A DNA stretch of 64,000 nt from Octopus vulgaris (Eukaryota), in assembly GCA_951406725.2 (NCBI GenBank), contig OX597815.1:172174001-172238000 (forward strand), in the 5' to 3' direction. A program made the translations under genes and the position numbers. The notes under the pieces are model-generated. The model was not told the DNA's origin and ran no database searches. It worked only from the letters and a program-made list of their open reading frames with translations. Positions 39,300 through 52,463 of this stretch are shown here, piece by piece. The stretch's first letter is position 1; the number at the start of each line of letters is the position of its first letter.

Positions 39300-40190
39300 A
39301 ATAATAATTTATACGTAAAAGTGTGTAACGGAAACAAAGAAAAAAATCTAAACAAGAAATAATTTCCCAATAATGGAAGGGTAGTTTTCCGAAAGCTGAT
39401 CGTGGAAAAAGGCTACAAAACCATGGTCACCTTGATCACTAGGGAAAGTGCCTTTCAGTATCCGCCTCCCCCAATCTACAGATGCATGCGCAGAGCAGAC
39501 CCATTCACTTTGACCATTCTTGCCACTCTCATCTACCTTTAACAAATTTGTTTAAAGGCAACACTTTCTTCTCCAGCTTCATTTTTCTTTCCAACGAGGA
39601 ATATGTCTTTCTTCGGCATTTTTAGTCTGCTTCACCACAAAACCTCTTTCGTTGACGCTTCCAGACAAATAAAGACTGATTGTCCTTCCCAGCCTAGAGG
39701 AAAGCGGTGAGATAATTTTCACAGTGGACTCAGTTGATTCGACCCGTCCTACATGCGACAGCAGGTGTTCGACATAACTCCTCCAGTCGGCAATGATCGA
39801 GCACTAAAAAAATGCGTGCACAACAGTTAGCATGCATCTCGGGCAGGCTCGGCTGGCAGCACTTCCATGTATATTAAGTTTGTCTCGAACCGACAATACT
39901 CCTCGTTAGTACTGCCGGACCAGTGATGTCTGAAAATACCCCCTATGCTCTGAAAGTCTTCCAGAACATACCAACCAGCTGATTTTCATTGACACCCATA
40001 GTTTTCCTGAAAACATTATCAATCCTACCTGCCACTAACTCTCTACAGAATGTCAAAATAGAACTTCCACCGCCCGCTTTGTCTGACTGGTTGAGGGTTG
40101 TGAACGTCTAATGACACCCTAGTTGTCAAGTGCCTTCTCTCAGTCTACGCTTGATCCAGGACTACAGCTCTCTCAAAGAAGCGAACTATG
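39300..40190 (-). mobile_element. Degraded L1/Tx1-clade LINE 3' end
   Basis: Minus-strand translation VLSVRDKLNIHGSAASRACPRC..TVVHAFF.C (zf-RVT-type knuckle) followed by KEVLW..R..; frameshifted. Confidence 0.7.
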
Positions 40191-42506
40191 GAAAAGCGAG
40201 TGTGACAAAGGTGACCACTCTTTATGTGGTCGTTTGACCCGCTAGAAATTAAGGGAATATAGGTTTCTTAAAAGGACGAGATGGTCATAACTGGAATACC
40301 TTTATTCATAGGCCTGTTTGATCAAAGGTAACCTAGTGCTAAACAACAACAGCTACAACTTGCATCAACACTGAAATTTCCAGAATTTGGAAGCTGAGCA
40401 AAATTAATACCATTTTATACTCCAACAAAAACCCAAGTAGCACCATATAAATCTGCCATATTCTTACATGCATCCTGAAAAATTTCAAAAAGAGATTAAC
40501 CTTTGATAATAATAACCTATATATTTCCCTTTCAAACTGAAAACTTGAATTCGGATTGCTACATTCAGAATCACAAGACTGCTCACAATCCTAACACAGA
40601 AAATACAAGATTGTTTTTATCACTATACACTTCCACATTTACAGTTCTTACTATCATCGATTTCAGAAAAACCTTTTGACTTCATTTTCTATTACCCACT
40701 TATACATAATTTTCTAAACTTTTCTTACCTTAAGAAACAACACAGGATGTCGGCTAGGAAACTACTTGCTAGGCCTCCAAACTTATGCAATATATAGGAA
40801 CAACACTCCCTGAACATGCATCGTGCATTTTTCCTCTAAACAACACTTTTCAACTTATATTTACATGACTTTCTCATGTCAGGATCTTCATCAGTCAAGG
40901 ATGACTGCATACCTATACATGTATGCACAGACTTGGCCAAGATTTTTTGAGGATGGCTGGCAGTTGCACATGTTTACAACTCTTCTCTCTTCACACCACT
41001 GATGTTTACCTAAGAGAAAGACTGCTGACTTGGGCCAATACAGCTTAGTGCCAGTGTCGTCTCAGATATTGTTATGAGAATGCAAAGAGCCAGGACAGAT
41101 ACTGCCAGGTATTTCTGCTGACTCTCAAACAATTCTACCCATCCACTAATCTCTAAACATCCACTCACATATGCAACATTCTAGAGCACTACTACAACAA
41201 CATCCTAAGAACACTGCCATCTCTTCTACTTAGCTCAGTTAAACACAAGAAACACACACATAGAGAAAAAGCTGTAACATCAACAACTTCACCAATCCCA
41301 AATACTATGGTGGAATACACACCAGCAAAAAAAAGTGCAGAGAAGCAGAAACTGTTGCAATCTAACAGAGTCCATTTTGCCTACCTCCACTATGCCCACT
41401 ACCAGAATTGGTATGCATACTGAAATAAACTGGACTGTCTCAAATGTCTCAAATGTCAAACTGTTTCATACAACTTATCACTGTCTGTTGTCTGGTCTTC
41501 TGCTTGGCAGAGGTATGATATAACAGAAGTGAGTGTCAGTCAGTCACTCCTCTTCATTCAACCAACTACTTTTATACCATAGAACTACTCAATGAAGTCT
41601 GGCTTAGGGTTTACACAACAATCTATTAAACAAAGGAAGATTTGTCTGCATCCGCACTCCAAGTTGTTTTTTCACTTCACCCTCCTTCACTGATTATCCC
41701 ACAAAAATAGTTGAACGAAATTAACTTCAACTAGTAATCAAAACGAGCTTGCTACCTAAACTTAAATTAGATTTTCCCTTGTTCTATGCCTCTCTGCACA
41801 TTTTGAGATTCATTAGAATATTGGTTTTAAATTTTGGCACAAGACCAGCAAGAGGAGGAGTTAAGTCGATTACATCAACCCCAGTACTCAGTTGGTACTT
41901 ATTTTATCAACCCATCAACCCTGAAAAGAAAGGCAAAGTCAACCTCAGCAGAATTTGAACTCAGGAAGTAGACACAAAATGCCACTAAGCATTTTGCATG
42001 AAGCGCTAACAACACTGACAGTGCATAGCCTTAGAATTTCTAATCAATGTTAAATTCCTAATAATGGTCTAACTGAAACTTTTTTCTACTCTGTAGATTT
42101 GCCTTTCAAGTACATCTGTCTTGATAGCAAGAAGGCTTGTTTTCAAAACTGGGAGCTACTAAAGCACTCATCAAATTTTCAATGTTTCTGCAGCTTACAG
42201 CCATAAAATAATCCTACTTCATTATTTTTAGTTGCTCTATAGACTGCTCTTAATTATTTACTTTGTTGAACTGTAACACCATAAATCTTGGATACAATGA
42301 GGTGCTGATGATTGGACACAAACTTTTCTCTTCTTTAATTCCTTTACATTGTGCACTAGTCTGTCTTTGGGTAGTTCCAGTACTGTATCAGCTTTTTTAT
42401 GAGAAAAGGTTACTAACCTCTCATTCAACCCTTCTCTATTCCTTTAGAAAGGGACCTCGTTTGTATTCCCCTATAATCCTTCTCATGGCACAACATGACC
42501 AATTTC

Positions 42507-42692
42507 TTTACATTTAATGGATATTTGTCCTCATTTTGTTTGTTGTTGTCACGTTTCAGCTGATATACCCTCCATGAAGGCTGGAGGGTATATCAGCCAA
42601 GATGTTGTGTTTACAACAAACAAGATGAGGACAAATATCCGTAAAATGTAAATAATGTACATAATTCTTCATCTCTTAAATATAGAACTGTA
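42507..42692. mobile_element. Fold-back copy of the HHR-tailed repeat (same family as 57402-57804)
   Basis: 42507-42574 is inverted relative to 42582-42652; contains TGAAGGCTGGAGGGTATATCAGCC and GATGAGGACAAATATCCGT..AATGTAAA. Confidence 0.85.
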
Positions 42693-43693
42693 TTATAATC
42701 AATTCCTTTGAAAGAAAAAGAAAGAAGAATCAATTCCAATACATAGCTGGTTCTTTATTTATAAGCCAAGAAGGATGAAAGGCAAAGTTGACTTGAGCAG
42801 CATTTAAAATCAAAGTACAGAGAGCCAGAACAAATTCCACAAGGCATTCTATCTGATTCTCTAATAAATCAGCCAATTCACTGCTTTAACTTTTAAAAGT
42901 AAGTTATGAGAAATTTCCTGTTGATAATGACAACTAAAAACTTTAAATTTTCTGTGCAAGTCATATTGCGTTTAGTATTCATATGTAAAGTAGCCTTTAA
43001 TATTTAATGTTTAAACGATGCCTTCTGTGTGTGATACTTTTAGTTGTACCAGAGCTAAAATCAATTTTTTAACACTTTGCAAGGTCAACATAAAGCCAAT
43101 GCAAATAAGCAAGACTATCCACTACTGTTCAATATTTTGACATTTGAAAATAAAATGCTGAACAGTAAAAGAGAGAAAAGCAGCTAGCCAAATGCTGACA
43201 ATTTGTATTCAGATACTGCCCTATTTAACTCACAATAAACCAGTTTATCACATGTTTTTGGGTGCTAAATCTCATTGCTGCATGCAAGCGAAGTCTTCAG
43301 TGATATTACAAGTAAGTAATGAGATTGCGTATTTCTATATCAGCTAAATTTTATAATATTTATAACCACTTCCAAATTCATCAAAAGACAGTACAATTTC
43401 TTTATGACTTTACATTACATCTAAAGTATAATTTAAGATACTATTTCCAATGTGTTGTTGCAAAATTTGATGTTTTTTTGGTCTTTGTGGATTGAGTTTC
43501 AATCTTAAATCTCTTGTTATCCTGTTACGTTCTTTGGAATGATTGCTATATCTTCCAACTCTGCTTTGTCTACCCTAATTTAGATTTTGTTACATGTTAA
43601 TACCAAAAACAAATATTTATGATGTAAATGTGTATCATTTTTAAATCAATGATTTTTGTTTTGTTTTATTTTGTTTTTTTGTAATGGCCATAG

Positions 43694-43702
43694 ACTTTGC
43701 AG
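43694..43702 (+). other. Candidate 9-nt microexon (ACTTTGCAG), or start of a short terminal exon ending at 43809
   Basis: Long U-rich tract, TAG acceptor, consensus CAG|GTAAGT donor. Read-through gives xFAGKSMTFYKSSLTGENDVTDVQFEQLSVDTSEKNMD*. Confidence 0.3.
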
Positions 43703-44098
43703 GTAAGTCCATGACCTTTTACAAGTCCTCCCTCACAGGTGAGAATGATGTGACTGATGTTCAGTTTGAACAGCTGTCAGTTGACACCAGTGAGAAAAAC
43801 ATGGACTGACTGAGAAGTAAAGTGTGTTAGAGTTCTGGAGAGGAAAGACAGAGAAATGTTTAGTGCAGGACCTAATGGATGAGATACGATAAATGCAATA
43901 AGAATACATGACACAAAATCCATTATCATCTTTATAATCACTAGCTTCACATTAGGCTATATAATTAAACTCCTGACATGAATGTTGCCTGAAATGCTTC
44001 AGATATATATATCACAGGTTACAGTAATTGATAGTGCAGTATTTAAGCAAACATTCAGAGTACAATAGTGTTTATTATTATCATTATTAGTAATATTT

Positions 44099-44525
44099 AA
44101 GGCAGTGAGCTGGCAGAATTGTTAGCATGCTGGCTAAAATGCTTAGCAGCGTTTTATCTGCCTTTATGTCCTGAGTTCAAATTCTACCAAGATCGACTTT
44201 GCCTTTTATCCTTTTGGGGTTGATGAAATAAGTACCAGTTATGCACTGGGGTCAATGTAATCGATTTGCCTCCTCCCCTCAAATTTCAGGCCTTGTGCTT
44301 ATAGTAGAAAAGATTATTAGTAATATTTATAAAGGTAGAATTGCTACCACACTAGGTGAACTACTTAGCAGGATTTCATCCATTTTTATGTTCTGAGTTC
44401 AAATTCCACTGGGGTCAACTTTGCCTCTTGTTTTTGAAACAAGTACCAGTTGTGCATTGGGGTTGATGTAATCAACTAATCCCCTTGAAATTTCAAGCCT
44501 TGTGCCTATAGCAGAAAGGATTATT
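44099..44525 (+). mobile_element. Two older SINE family B-related copies in tandem
   Basis: Family B head and central domain with CpG decay and an alternative tail GGCCTTGTGCYTATAGYAGAAA. Confidence 0.8.
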
Positions 44526-44725
44526 ATGAATATCTATAAATTAATGGTTTTTGTTAATAAATATATTCCTGTCCAACTTGAGTTTGATCATTATGGGTTG
44601 ATACATCATTAGTAAGAAGGATAAGATCAGGAGATACATCATTAGTAAGAAGGGGATGCTGAAGAATACAATTACAATTAAACATTTATCTCACACTGGT
44701 GATTACCTCAAGCAATATCAAATTC

Positions 44726-44952
44726 GGTGAGCTGGCAGAAACGTTAGCACGTCGGGCGAAATGCGTAGCCGTATTTCGTCTGCCGTTACGTTCTGAGTTC
44801 AAATTCCGCCGAGGTCGACTTTGCCTTTCATCCTTTCGGGGTCGATAAATAAGTACCAGTTACACACTGGGGTCGATATAATCGACTTAATCCGTTTGTC
44901 TGTCCTTGTTTGTCCCCTCTGTGTTTGGCCCCTTGTGGGTAGTAAAGAAATA
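44726..44952 (+). mobile_element. SINE family B, young copy
   Basis: Near-consensus; TSD AATATCAAATTC at 44714-44725 and 44953-44964. Confidence 0.92.
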
Positions 44953-45236
44953 AATATCAAATTCCTGGTAATGGATTCCAGTCTTCTTCATATGAACTCA
45001 TGAGCCACTGATTTAGCTTTTGACATTTAAATTAAGTGATATTTTTTATTGCTATATATAAAATTCCTGATTTTTATTTACAGTTTTGAAGGTTCTGTTG
45101 ATGAATGAGTATATATATAGAAAATTTAAAGAATGTTCATAAGGATGACAGTGATAACAGATTATATATATTACTGCTTCCTTTATTTCTTATGTACTAA
45201 CAGAAAATAGACCTCTTCTAAGCTGGATGTTCAACT

Positions 45237-45460
45237 AGAGCTAGCAGAAACGTTAGCAGGCCAGGCGAAATGCGTAGCTGTATTTCGTCTGCCGTTACGT
45301 TCTGAGTTCAAATTCCTTGAGGTCGACTTTGCCTTTCATCTTTTCGGGGTCGATAAATTAAGTACCAGTTACGCATTGGGGTTGATATAATCGACTTAAT
45401 CCGTTTGTCTGTCCTTGTTTGTCCTCTCTGTGTTTGGCCTCTTGTGGATAGTAAAGAAAA
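45237..45460 (+). mobile_element. SINE family B
   Basis: Family consensus match. Confidence 0.9.
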
Positions 45461-46414
45461 TATATAGTTTGTAAGTACAGATTTGAAACAGGACAGAACT
45501 CAGACATAGAATGTAACATAGAAAATACAATTAAAAAATAACAAGCTTGGATACATGGTATCAATGATTAGGTTGATGCACTTATTGTCTCATGAAAATA
45601 TGTGCACTTTTTCATTTTACAAAGTCATTTATCTGAATAAGGTGTTGTGGAAAGTGTTAAAGAAATTGGATAATTGAGTGCAGTAAAGGCAAACACAGAT
45701 AATGTGTATGTTATAAAACAGGTAGACGGTATTCTGTTGAGGCAATGACAAATAGCTAACCACTATCTCAATGAGAGTAAGAGTGAGAAAGGAGAATGTT
45801 AATCCATGGTTGTTGAAGATAGCTAAAAGTAAGTTAAAGATGTAGAACAATTTTGCTTTTGTTCAAGTAGGCAAAAGCAGCTTCCAGACAACTGGTCTCT
45901 GATTGGCTTAAAATAACACACCTGAGAACAGTGGAACTAAAATGTTGTTACTCACAATGTTGCTACAAATAATCTTATGTTATATTAAAATCATAAGCAA
46001 TTATTTTTGTTGTGCTTTGGTATTTTTTCAGTAATAAGTGAATATGTTGCAAGTCAACACATTTGTTAATTACCAGGACAATATATAAATATTTACTTTA
46101 CATTTCAATATAAATAGAATAAGAAAAACCGTTCTGCATCTATAGAATAACCTTAATGACAGAAAGTTCTGTTTATTTATGCTTCTATTTATGTGATCTA
46201 ATTATTGTTAGTACCAGCATCATAATTTTCTAATGGACCAATCACTGGTTTACAGAAAATATTACAAAAGAGTAACAAAGGCGCCTCTGTACAACTTGAA
46301 CAAAATAAAAACCACAAAATATTTTGATTGAAAATACTGTTTCCATGCTAATTTTTATATCTTTCAGTAATATATGTCAAATATGTGTGTGTGTGTGTGT
46401 TGTTTGTAGCCCAT

Positions 46415-47044
46415 TCAAAGTACCTTGGATTTCAGAACAACCCGCTGTGCTTGAGACCTATTGAGTCAAGTACATGAACATCGAAATAAATATCAATGGA
46501 AATAGTAGTTGTGATACCTGTGCCGGTGGCACGTAAAAAGCACCATCCGAACGTGGCCGATGCCAGCGCTGCCTTGACTGGCTTCTGTGCCGGTGGCACA
46601 TAAAAAGCACCATCCGAATGTGGCCGATGCCAGCACCGCCTTGACTAGCTTCTGTGCCGGTGGAATGTAAAAAGCACCATCCGAACGTGGCCGATGCCAG
46701 CGCCGCCTTGACTGGCTTCTGTGCCAGTGGCACGTAAAAAGCACCATCCGAATGTGGCCGATGCCAGCGCCGCCTTGACTGGCTTCTGTGCCGGTGACAC
46801 GTAAAAAGGACCATCCGAACATGGCCGATGCCAGTGCCGCCTTGACTGGCTTCTGTGCCTGTGGCATGTAAAAAGCACCCACTACACTCACGGAGTGGTT
46901 GGCGTTAGGAAGGGCATCCAGCTGTAGAAACACTGCCAGATCAGACTGGAGCCTGGTGCAGCTTCCTGGCTTCCTAGACCCCAGTCGAACCGTCCAACCC
47001 GTGCTAGCACAGAAAACGGACGTTAAATGATGATGATGATGATG
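46415..47044 (+). mobile_element. RTE-like retroelement 3' region with a 67-bp tandem array and (GAT)n tail
   Basis: Units start at 46519, 46586, 46653, 46720, 46787 and 46854 (partial), then GAGTGGTTGGCGTTAGGAAGGGCATCCAGC..GGACGTTAAA(TGA)n. Relatives at 53682-53925(-), 56060-56540(-), 58395-58605(+) and 62460-62930(-). Clade assignment is inference. Confidence 0.75.
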
Positions 47045-47440
47045 AGAGAGAGAGAGAACATAGATTTTGACTTGGTACTTCTTTATTTTATCTATTACAT
47101 ATGTTTCAGTATTTGGCAACATATGATGTCACAATATGGATGGGATACAATCAGTGACCGCACCTCTTAGGACCAACATGCAAAGCAAACACTTCATCAG
47201 AAAGTCAAAAAGGAAATGCAAGGCATACATTTATGAAAGCATATAAAGAAACTTGAACTGGAAACAAACATGAGAACTTACCTTAACAGTACCCATCTAA
47301 TGGATATCAATATTTGCTACATGAGTCATGGAACATGAAGAAAGGTTGTGCTACCTGATTAAAAAAGGGAAATATCTCTGGTTGACATTGGAGAATTAAT
47401 ATCACCAATCAACAAACTAAGATATAAAACCTTTTCCAGC

Positions 47441-47822
47441 AGGAGTGTCTGTGTGGTAAGTTGCTTGCTTACCAACCACATGGTTCCAGGTTCAGTCCCA
47501 CATCATGGTGCTCTGGGCAAGTGTCTTCTACTATAGCCTCGAACCGACCAAAGCCTTGTGAGAGGATTTGGTAAACGAAAACTGAAAGAAGCCCGTCGTA
47601 TATATGTATACATATATGTATGTGTATTTGTCCCCCCAGCATCGCTTGACACCGATGCTGGTGTGTTTACGTCCCCTAAACTTAGTGGTTCAGCAAAAGA
47701 GACTGATAGAATGAGTACTAGGCTTACAAAGAATAAGACCTATGGTCGATTTGATCAACTAAAGGTGGTGCTCCAGCATGGCCACAGTAAATTGACTGAA
47801 ACAAGTAAAAGAGTAAAAGAGT
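47441..47822 (+). mobile_element. SINE family A
   Basis: Head, short internal microsatellite and tail. Confidence 0.88.
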
Positions 47823-48703
47823 ATTCAACACAACTACCACAATTATAAATGCTTCTGTAAAAGATCTATTGATAATCTTAACAGCCTCATTGGCTGTTAA
47901 GATTATCAATGAACAAATACATAAGCAGTTGTATAGTGGTGAATTTGTCTAAAAGTCTGTAGATACTGTTTTATGTCCCAAAGAAACTGAACTATCTAAT
48001 CTTCAACACTTGGATCTACCTGGTGTACCACACAACTCATATTGAAGGTTTATCAGAAATGTTTTTCTAATTTCTTCAAGTACCTCAAGATAGGATATTT
48101 CATTTTCTTTCTTTGATTCCATTCCAAATATGCTTGTTTTAAAGGTTCTCCATCGTTAAGTTGCGAAGGCTCACTTTCAATCATAACTTGAACCAGAGAA
48201 TTAGTATTGTAACAGAGCTCACATTGAATCTTAATTGTGTTTGTTTCCCTTGAGATTGGTTACTCTGAGGCCAGCCATATTTATGAAATGCAACTCTATC
48301 CATTGCCAAAAACTTTACCCTCAATAGCAATAGAAGTCATGCTGCTTTATTTAGTGTTGGCAATCATCAAAGAGGTCTTCCCTAAATTTTAGCCATGGAT
48401 CATTGGGAGAAGACAGTCCACATGTTTTCAGTAGAACTGCAAGAAGCTTTTGCAGTTTTCAAAGTGAGTAAGAAACAATTGCTTTTATTATTGCTACTTC
48501 CCACTAACCATCATTCTATAACAGGTTTTTTCTGAAACATTTTGTCCCTGTTTGCAGTGCAAATGTAACCATCTTCTATTTGAAATTGGTGAAATGATTT
48601 GGGATTACTGGCTTCATGTAAGAATATCCTTAAATAGAAATTTAATAATGGAAGGTAAGGTTTATGATATAGGAGGAATATCATCTCTTTCCATCATTCT
48701 TCT

Positions 48704-49008
48704 TAGTGGAGGCACATGGTCTAGTGGTTAGAGCAGCAGACTCGCGGTCGAGAGATTGCGAGTTCAAATCTCAGACCAGGCGATGTGTATGTTTATGAGC
48801 GAAACACCTAAATCCACATGGCTCCGGCAGAAGGTAATGGCGAACTTCTGCTGACTCTTTCACCACAACTTTCTCTCACTCTTTCCTCCTGCATCTTGCA
48901 GCTCACCTGCGACGGACCGGCGTCCCGTCCAGGTGGGGAACCTATACGGCAAGGAAACTGGGAAACCAGCCCTAATGAGCCAGGCATGGCTTGAGAAAGA
49001 ACATACAA
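48704..49008 (+). mobile_element. tRNA-derived SINE family C, near full length, with V-domain-like segment
   Basis: A-box TGGTCTAGTGG, B-box GAGTTCAAATC, CCTGCGACGGACCGGCGTCCCGTCCAGG segment; TSD ATCATTCTT at 48693-48701 and 49009-49017. Confidence 0.85.
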
Positions 49009-49025
49009 ATCATTCTTGTTCTTTA

Positions 49026-49407
49026 TGTAGTTCAGGCTTCTGGCAGGTGAAGAGAAAAGACTTCAAGTGCAAATGCTATTTACAACTGATTTATTTACAG
49101 GAAAGGTGAAAGGTGCTGCTTTCAGCTACTATCTTAAGCTCCGATAGTGTGGGCACATTGCCTCAGGAGATAGACAGGCAGAAAACCTCTGCCAGTGGTG
49201 TTGTTCAGCCAGTGCTGCTGTGTTGTGGTGCCAAAGAAGGGGAATTTGAAGAGGGTTTTCCCTTTATATAGTTTTCTCCATCGCAAGCCTTGTTGTGATC
49301 TCGCGCATGGCAAATGGATGCAGGTGAGGTCTCGCTCCAGTCTCGGAGATGGCAGTGGCTGCTGTGAGATCTCATCCAATATGGTGCTGGCTGTTTGTGC
49401 CGCTACA
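49026..49407 (-). mobile_element. Solo-LTR-like element, second copy
   Basis: Reverse complement homologous to 25116-25516; TGTAG...CTACA ends. Confidence 0.7.
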
Positions 49408-50620
49408 GAAACAGCATGGTTAACTGGGATAAACAACATAGACTCTTCCCAAAGGGTAATCAAATCTAAAATGATTGCAGCCTCCAACAAGAATATCTTT
49501 AGACTTCCCAACCATTTTGTTTTGTACCAGATGCAATATGGAGAAACTTGGTAATGAAACATATGTTGAGCAAAGGTTTTGTTTTGGCAAAGTAAAAAAT
49601 ATTGTAAATGATGCATCCTTGGATCTAGAGCGAGCTGAAATATACGATCATTGATGCATAAATTACATAAGCAATATGTACTCACAAATAGCAGAATATA
49701 GACATACACATCAGACACACAATCATTAACAGTAGAATATAGATGGTGTTTGTAGTAAAGATATGTGTATGATTACTGAAACAGAAAGTATATCAACACA
49801 ATAATAATTACCTATTTATTATTCTTGTATTCTGTTTCAAGCTGTTTTCATAGCTTTTCTACTCATCCATCTATGGGATTCAACTTTTCCAATACTATTT
49901 TAATAAAGAAATGATGGTAATGTTTAGTTCTACAATTTTGTTGACTCTGCATTCATGCTGTAATATGAGGAAGAGGAGATACTTTCAAATAGTTTCTTTC
50001 CTATTGCTTTGTTGTATCTGAACACAATGCTGGAAGTTAAGGAAACAGCTGACAGGTTCACAGGGTTACTCTTACTGCTGCTACTACTACTGATTCTCAC
50101 AACAGTGATCTGTATCTCTCATACATACTTAGTGACAGGTACACTGTTCAAAGTTAAGTGTCTCAGTCATGGAGTGAAAGCAGCAGCAGTTTCAGTATTT
50201 TATCTCTTTGCTGGTTATCACAGACCCTGTTGATTCAGGCATCTATGCTCTCTACAATGTGATAACGAACACAAACATATTTGATAGAAGTGTTCATTTT
50301 AACTTGCTCCTTTGGTCACTGAGGAATGCAAATGACAGCTTTTTCTCTAAACATTTCTGGAGCTCCTACCATACTGCCAATGATCAAACCCAGTCTTCAT
50401 TGAATTAGGATTTCAGAGTTTCAGAATTGTCACCCATGATACTCATTTACTTATTTATATATTTTCATGCTCTGAATCAGTCAATTAGATAATGATATTT
50501 TCTCATAACTAAGAGTATAATTTTAATTAACTAAAATTTCTTGACTTTCAATCAATAAAAACCCAGTTTTGGGGAAAGATTTCTCAACATCTTAATTATT
50601 ACTAATCATGATATAGGTGG

Positions 50621-50985
50621 CAGTGTGGCTGTGTGGTAAGAAGTCCACTCCCAGCCACACAGTTGTTGGGTCAGTCCCATTGCATGGCACCTTGGGCTAG
50701 TGCTTTCTACCATAGCTCCAGACAGACCAAAGCCTTGTGAGTGGACAGAAACTGAGAGAAGCCTGTTGTGTGTGTGTGTGTGTGTATGTGTGTGCATATC
50801 TTTTATTTGTGTTGTGTTAGTTGCCCACCACTACTTGATAACCGGTGTTGGTTTGTTACTTAATAGTTTGGAAAAAAAGAGACTGATAGAATAATGCAAA
50901 ATTAAAAATTAAATGCTTGGGTCAATCTGTTCGATTCAAGGTTGTGCCCTGGCATAGCTGCAGTCCAATGACTGAAAAAAGCTAA
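50621..50985 (+). mobile_element. SINE family A, old copy
   Basis: Diverged head, (TG)n and tail. Confidence 0.75.
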
Positions 50986-51391
50986 TAAAAAAAAAAAGAA
51001 GAAAGACAACCATTAAGAATTAAATATGTTAAGAAGTCTCTTTTGTGATATAGGAAATTAAAGAAATTTTGCATAACCATAGTAACAAAGTGAAGGTCTT
51101 TAGCCCAGTTGTTAGTATGTTGGGATTAAAGTAGTTAGGTCCTGGGTTTAGTCCTCAAACTGGGTGGTGCATTGAGTCCTTGAGCAAGGCACTTTATTTT
51201 ATGTTGCTGCAGTATATTTAGCTTCAAATGAGTACAACTAGTACCTAGGATTAACTCAATGAAGGACTGTCATCCTATTTAAGGGGTTAAGTCATGCATT
51301 TCCAGCTTTTATGCCTTGAAAATCTGAATATATTGTAACCTTCAGCCTGTGTGATTGAAGCTTGCTTTTAAACTTATTTAATTATTAAAAT

Positions 51392-51607
51392 ATTGGTTTC
51401 AAATTTTGGCACAAGGCCAGCAATTTTGGGATGGAAGTAAGTCAATTACATTGACCCCAGTGCTCAACTGGTATTTATTTTATCAGCCTTGAAAGGGTGA
51501 AAGGTAAAGTCCACCTTGGCAGAATTTGAATACAGAACACAAAAATAAATGAAATGCTGTTAAGAATTTTGCCTGGTGTGCTAACAATTCTGCCAGCTCG
51601 TCACCTT
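51392..51607 (-). mobile_element. Older SINE family B-related copy
   Basis: Reverse-complement match with CpG decay; similar copies at 41820-42030 and 51850-52025. Confidence 0.75.
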
Positions 51608-52179
51608 ATTTAGTTATTAATATATTAAAAATTTGAAGTCTATTTCAAATGTGTAGCAAAGAAAAAGGTTATTGTGGATAGCCAATGTTACTTGCATCAA
51701 AAATTAGCAGAAGATAATCCAAGTACACTTTTCTACCCATGGGGCTCTTGAGAAGATGCACAGTTGTTCCATAACTTGTCAGTCATAGTAAATGATATAT
51801 ATGTATATATATACTAAAGTGTGAAATTTTTAGCAATCAGTAACATAAATATCGATTTCAAATTTCGGTGCAAAGCCAGCAATTTTAGAGGAGACACTTA
51901 TTTTATTAACCCTGAAAAGATGAAATGCAATGTTGATCCTGGTGGAATCTGAACTCGGAATGCAAAGTCAGAAAAAATGCTAAGCATTTTCCTTGGTGTG
52001 GTAATGACTCTACTAGCTCACTACCTTACTGTAATATAGTTATTAATAAAATATAGTAGTTAATAAAATAACAAATGTGAGATACCATCCACATTGGTCA
52101 TTGAAGTGTTATTTAGATAAAAGCATGCAAAGTCGCATAACTTTCTTCAGTTCAATGCATGCTAATGGTACACTCTAGG

Positions 52180-52463
52180 GGGTTCAAGTTGATCTGATCA
52201 ATAGAACAGCCTGCTCATGCATGTGGATGAGTGCTCCACAGACTCATGTACTTTTGAGGTAGTTCACAGGGAGATTCAGCATAGCACAGATTGTGACAAG
52301 GCTGGCCATTTGAAAGACAGGTACTATTCCTTTTTGCCAGTTGGGTGGACTGGAACAACATGAAATAAAGTGTCTTGCTCAAGGACACAGCACATCACCA
52401 GGAATTGAACTCATGACCTTATGATCATGAGCCGAATTCCATAACCACTAAGCCACATGCCTT
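52180..52463 (-). mobile_element. tRNA-derived CORE-like SINE, family D
   Basis: Minus strand GGCATGTGGCTTAGTGG..GAGTTCAATTCC..GTGTCCTTGAGCAAGACACTTTA; degraded relatives near 15200-15470, 29150-29430, 51110-51350 and 63400-63570. Confidence 0.75.

Larger units (their letters stand above)
47900..49700 (-). pseudogene. Degraded Helitron RepHel remnants, interrupted by a SINE and the LTR-like block
   Basis: Minus strand: FLLCQNKTFAQ..YQVSPYCIW..KW (~49500-49610), FYLRIFLHE..PKSF (~48590-48640), CGLSSP..W.KFREDL.DD (~48360-48425). Plus strand: KSVDTV..LDLPGVP (~47950-48030, Pif1-like). Confidence 0.6.

Noticed and set aside
40860-40900. Minus-strand CTGATGA..GAAA hammerhead-like match
   Set aside because: No convincing stem II and no valid cleavage triplet; may be chance.
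46519-46880. Regular array resembling a CRISPR locus
   Set aside because: Whole 67-bp units are near-identical with no unique spacers, no cas genes are present, and the context is a eukaryotic retroelement.
47282-47354. Minus-strand exon-like segment with good acceptor and GTAAGT donor
   Set aside because: Stops in all three frames and no linked exons; cannot be supported without transcripts.
49990-50450. Possible decayed transposase (also 63570-64000)
   Set aside because: Only vague similarity, with many stops; insufficient for a call.
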